This document shows positions 62,057 through 64,000 of a DNA stretch of 64,000 nucleotides, piece by piece. The number at the start of each line of letters is the position of its first letter. Positions within the stretch are counted from its first letter, which is position 1. The notes beneath the pieces were generated by a model that was not told where the DNA came from, did no database searches, and saw nothing but the letters and a program-made list of their open reading frames with translations. The translations under genes and the position numbers were made by a program. Source of the stretch: the human T2T-CHM13v2.0 reference genome, Homo sapiens; assembly GCF_009914755.1 (NCBI RefSeq), contig NC_060935.1. The stretch is one strand, 5' to 3'.

Positions 62057-62901
62057 TGTGACTTTACTTTGAATTAAGAGAACTTGACTGCAAACAGTGC
62101 TTAAGTTATTTGGGGGAATTTAATTTGTTAAGTTTTTGGGCTAAGGGAATATTAATTAAAGATAAGTTGTGATTGCTTTAAAATTTAAAACAAACATTAG
62201 TGGATAGATAATTAAACATGGTATTTGGTAATTGCATTTAATGGTCAAAAAAGTTCTAAGTTGACAACTTAAAATATTATAACCAATTATAAAACAGCTT
62301 TAGATATTTCTTTTCTTGCACAAAAGACTTGGATATTAAAAAGAATCCCTTGCAAAATGGTACATTGTGGGAGCCCAAACACTTGTGGATTTCAGCTGAT
62401 TGAGGGGAGAAGTATGAAGGAGCCATAGGAGTGGGGTTGGGGTACAGTCCAGTTCTTCCACGTTTTGTAATGTGACACTGGGCAACTCATGGGAGAAAGC
62501 AGAGTCTGTGAAGTGAAGAGGACAAATCCTGGCTGGACTTTTGGGATTTAGTAGACTGAGAAGATGGACAGAGGCGCTTTGAAAAGAATGAAGTGCTTAT
62601 GATGATCCCAGGTGGTATGGCCTGAGGAAGAAATAGTGTGATGGGGAAACAAATATTTGTTGAGCTCCTGCTCTGTGTTATCCTCTAGGCCAGACACTTC
62701 CCCCATCCTGACCTCAATGGAGAAGCGAGTAAACTGCTTAAGGTCACAAATGGAGGAGTTGAGATTTGAACTTGGATGACCATGTGGAGAGCTGTTGGCT
62801 TAGTCCCTTCTTCACTGGGTAGGGATAATGTAGATCAGGAAAGAAAATAAATGATGCAAGCTAAAGAATGTACTTAATGAGAAGCAAGAAGTACAATATG
62901 G

Positions 62902-63326
62902 TGCTGCAGTTTGAATGTTTGTTCCCTTCAGAACTCACGTTGACATTTAATCCCCAATGTAGTAGTATTGAGAGGTGAGACCTTTAAGAGGTGAGTGGAT
63001 CGTGAGGGCTCTGCCCTCATGAATGGGTTAATCCATTCATGGATATATGGGTTGTTAATGGATTAAAGGGTTATCATGAGGGTAGAACTGGTGGCTTTAT
63101 TAGAAGAGGAAGAAAGACCTGGGCCATGATGCTCAGCCGCCTTACCATATGATGTCCTGCACCACCTAGGGACCCTGCAGAGTGTCCCCATCAGCAAGAA
63201 GGCCCTCACCAGATTCAGCCTCTTGACCTTGGATTTCTCAGCCTCCATAGCATAGAAATATTTTTTCTTTATAAATTACTCAGTTTTAGGTATTCCAGTA
63301 TAAGGAACAGAAAACGAATTAAGACA
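62902..63326 (+). mobile_element. MSTB-like LTR
   Basis: tgctgcagtttgaatgtttg...gagggctctgccctcatgaatgg...gaattaagaca. Confidence 0.85.
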
Positions 63327-63360
63327 CACGGTAACCAGGGAAGTACAGTAAAACCCAATA

Positions 63361-63891
63361 CCCTAGTCCTCCTTACCTGAGGCAGATATATTCCAAGACC
63401 CCCAGTGGATGCCTGAAATTGCAGATGGTACCGAACCCTACATATACGATATGTTCTTTCTATGAATACATACTTATCATAAACTTTATAAGTTAAGCAC
63501 AGTGTGAGATTAACAACAATAACTATTAATAAAGTAGAGCAATTATAATAATATGCCAACATTACTACTCTTGTGCTTTGGGGGCATTATTAAGCAAAAT
63601 AAGGGTTGTTTTAACTCAAGCACTGGGATACTGTGATAGTCAATCTGATAACCAAGACAGCTATTTAATTGACCAATGAGCAGGTGGCATATACACCTGT
63701 GGATATGCTGTATGAAGGACTGATTCATATCCTGGGCAGGATGGAGTGGGACAGTCAAGATTCCATCACACTATTTAGGATCATGTTCAATTTAAAACTA
63801 ATGAATTGTTTATTTCTGGAAATTTCCATTTAATATTTTTAGATCATGATTGACCACCGGTAACTGAAACTGTGGATAGGGTGAACTACTG
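63361..63891. mobile_element. MER44 (Tigger7-derived, TcMar) MITE
   Basis: TIRs c..tagtcc.cc / gg.gaactactg flanked by TA; ttccaagacccccagtggatgcctgaaa. Confidence 0.85.
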
Positions 63892-64000
63892 TAAATCAGG
63901 CAGCCAAAGTCAGATGTTTAAACCAGAAATAACTCGGGAGAAGGGAACATATCCTAAGTGAAGTATGAGTCCTTACAAGATTTTTTAGGGGAAGTAATTG

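Overview
Primate (hominoid, almost certainly human) intergenic DNA dominated by interspersed repeats: about 30 Alu/FLAM elements, L1 (one full-length L1PA7/8-like copy, one internally deleted copy, one large rearranged L1M mosaic), one SVA, a MER41 provirus remnant, many MaLR/ERV solo LTRs, L2/MIR and DNA-transposon fossils. The only gene-derived sequences I can support are two related minus-strand class II olfactory-receptor pseudogenes about 28 kb apart. The first (21659-22590) is near-intact with a single 1-nt frameshift. The second (49841-51065) is heavily decayed with two Alu insertions. From memory (not verified) this arrangement fits OR5AZ1P and OR5BD1P on 11q12.1. I found no intact protein-coding gene, RNA gene or CRISPR array, and nearly all ORFs in the supplied track are Alu/L1/SVA/LTR read-throughs. 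I found no convincing new biological system. The most interesting signals are scars of unusual DNA events: a fold-back palindromic junction between two different L1 subfamilies (~30495), an Alu apparently copied from its neighbour 2 kb away, a chimeric Alu carrying foreign flank inside one TSD, a target site used twice, a tRNA-Glu-like cassette in the ERV leader, a possible ancient RT fossil, and a purine-loss gradient next to a T38 tract. Repeat subfamily names come from recalled consensus sequences, and boundaries are approximate unless a TSD is quoted.
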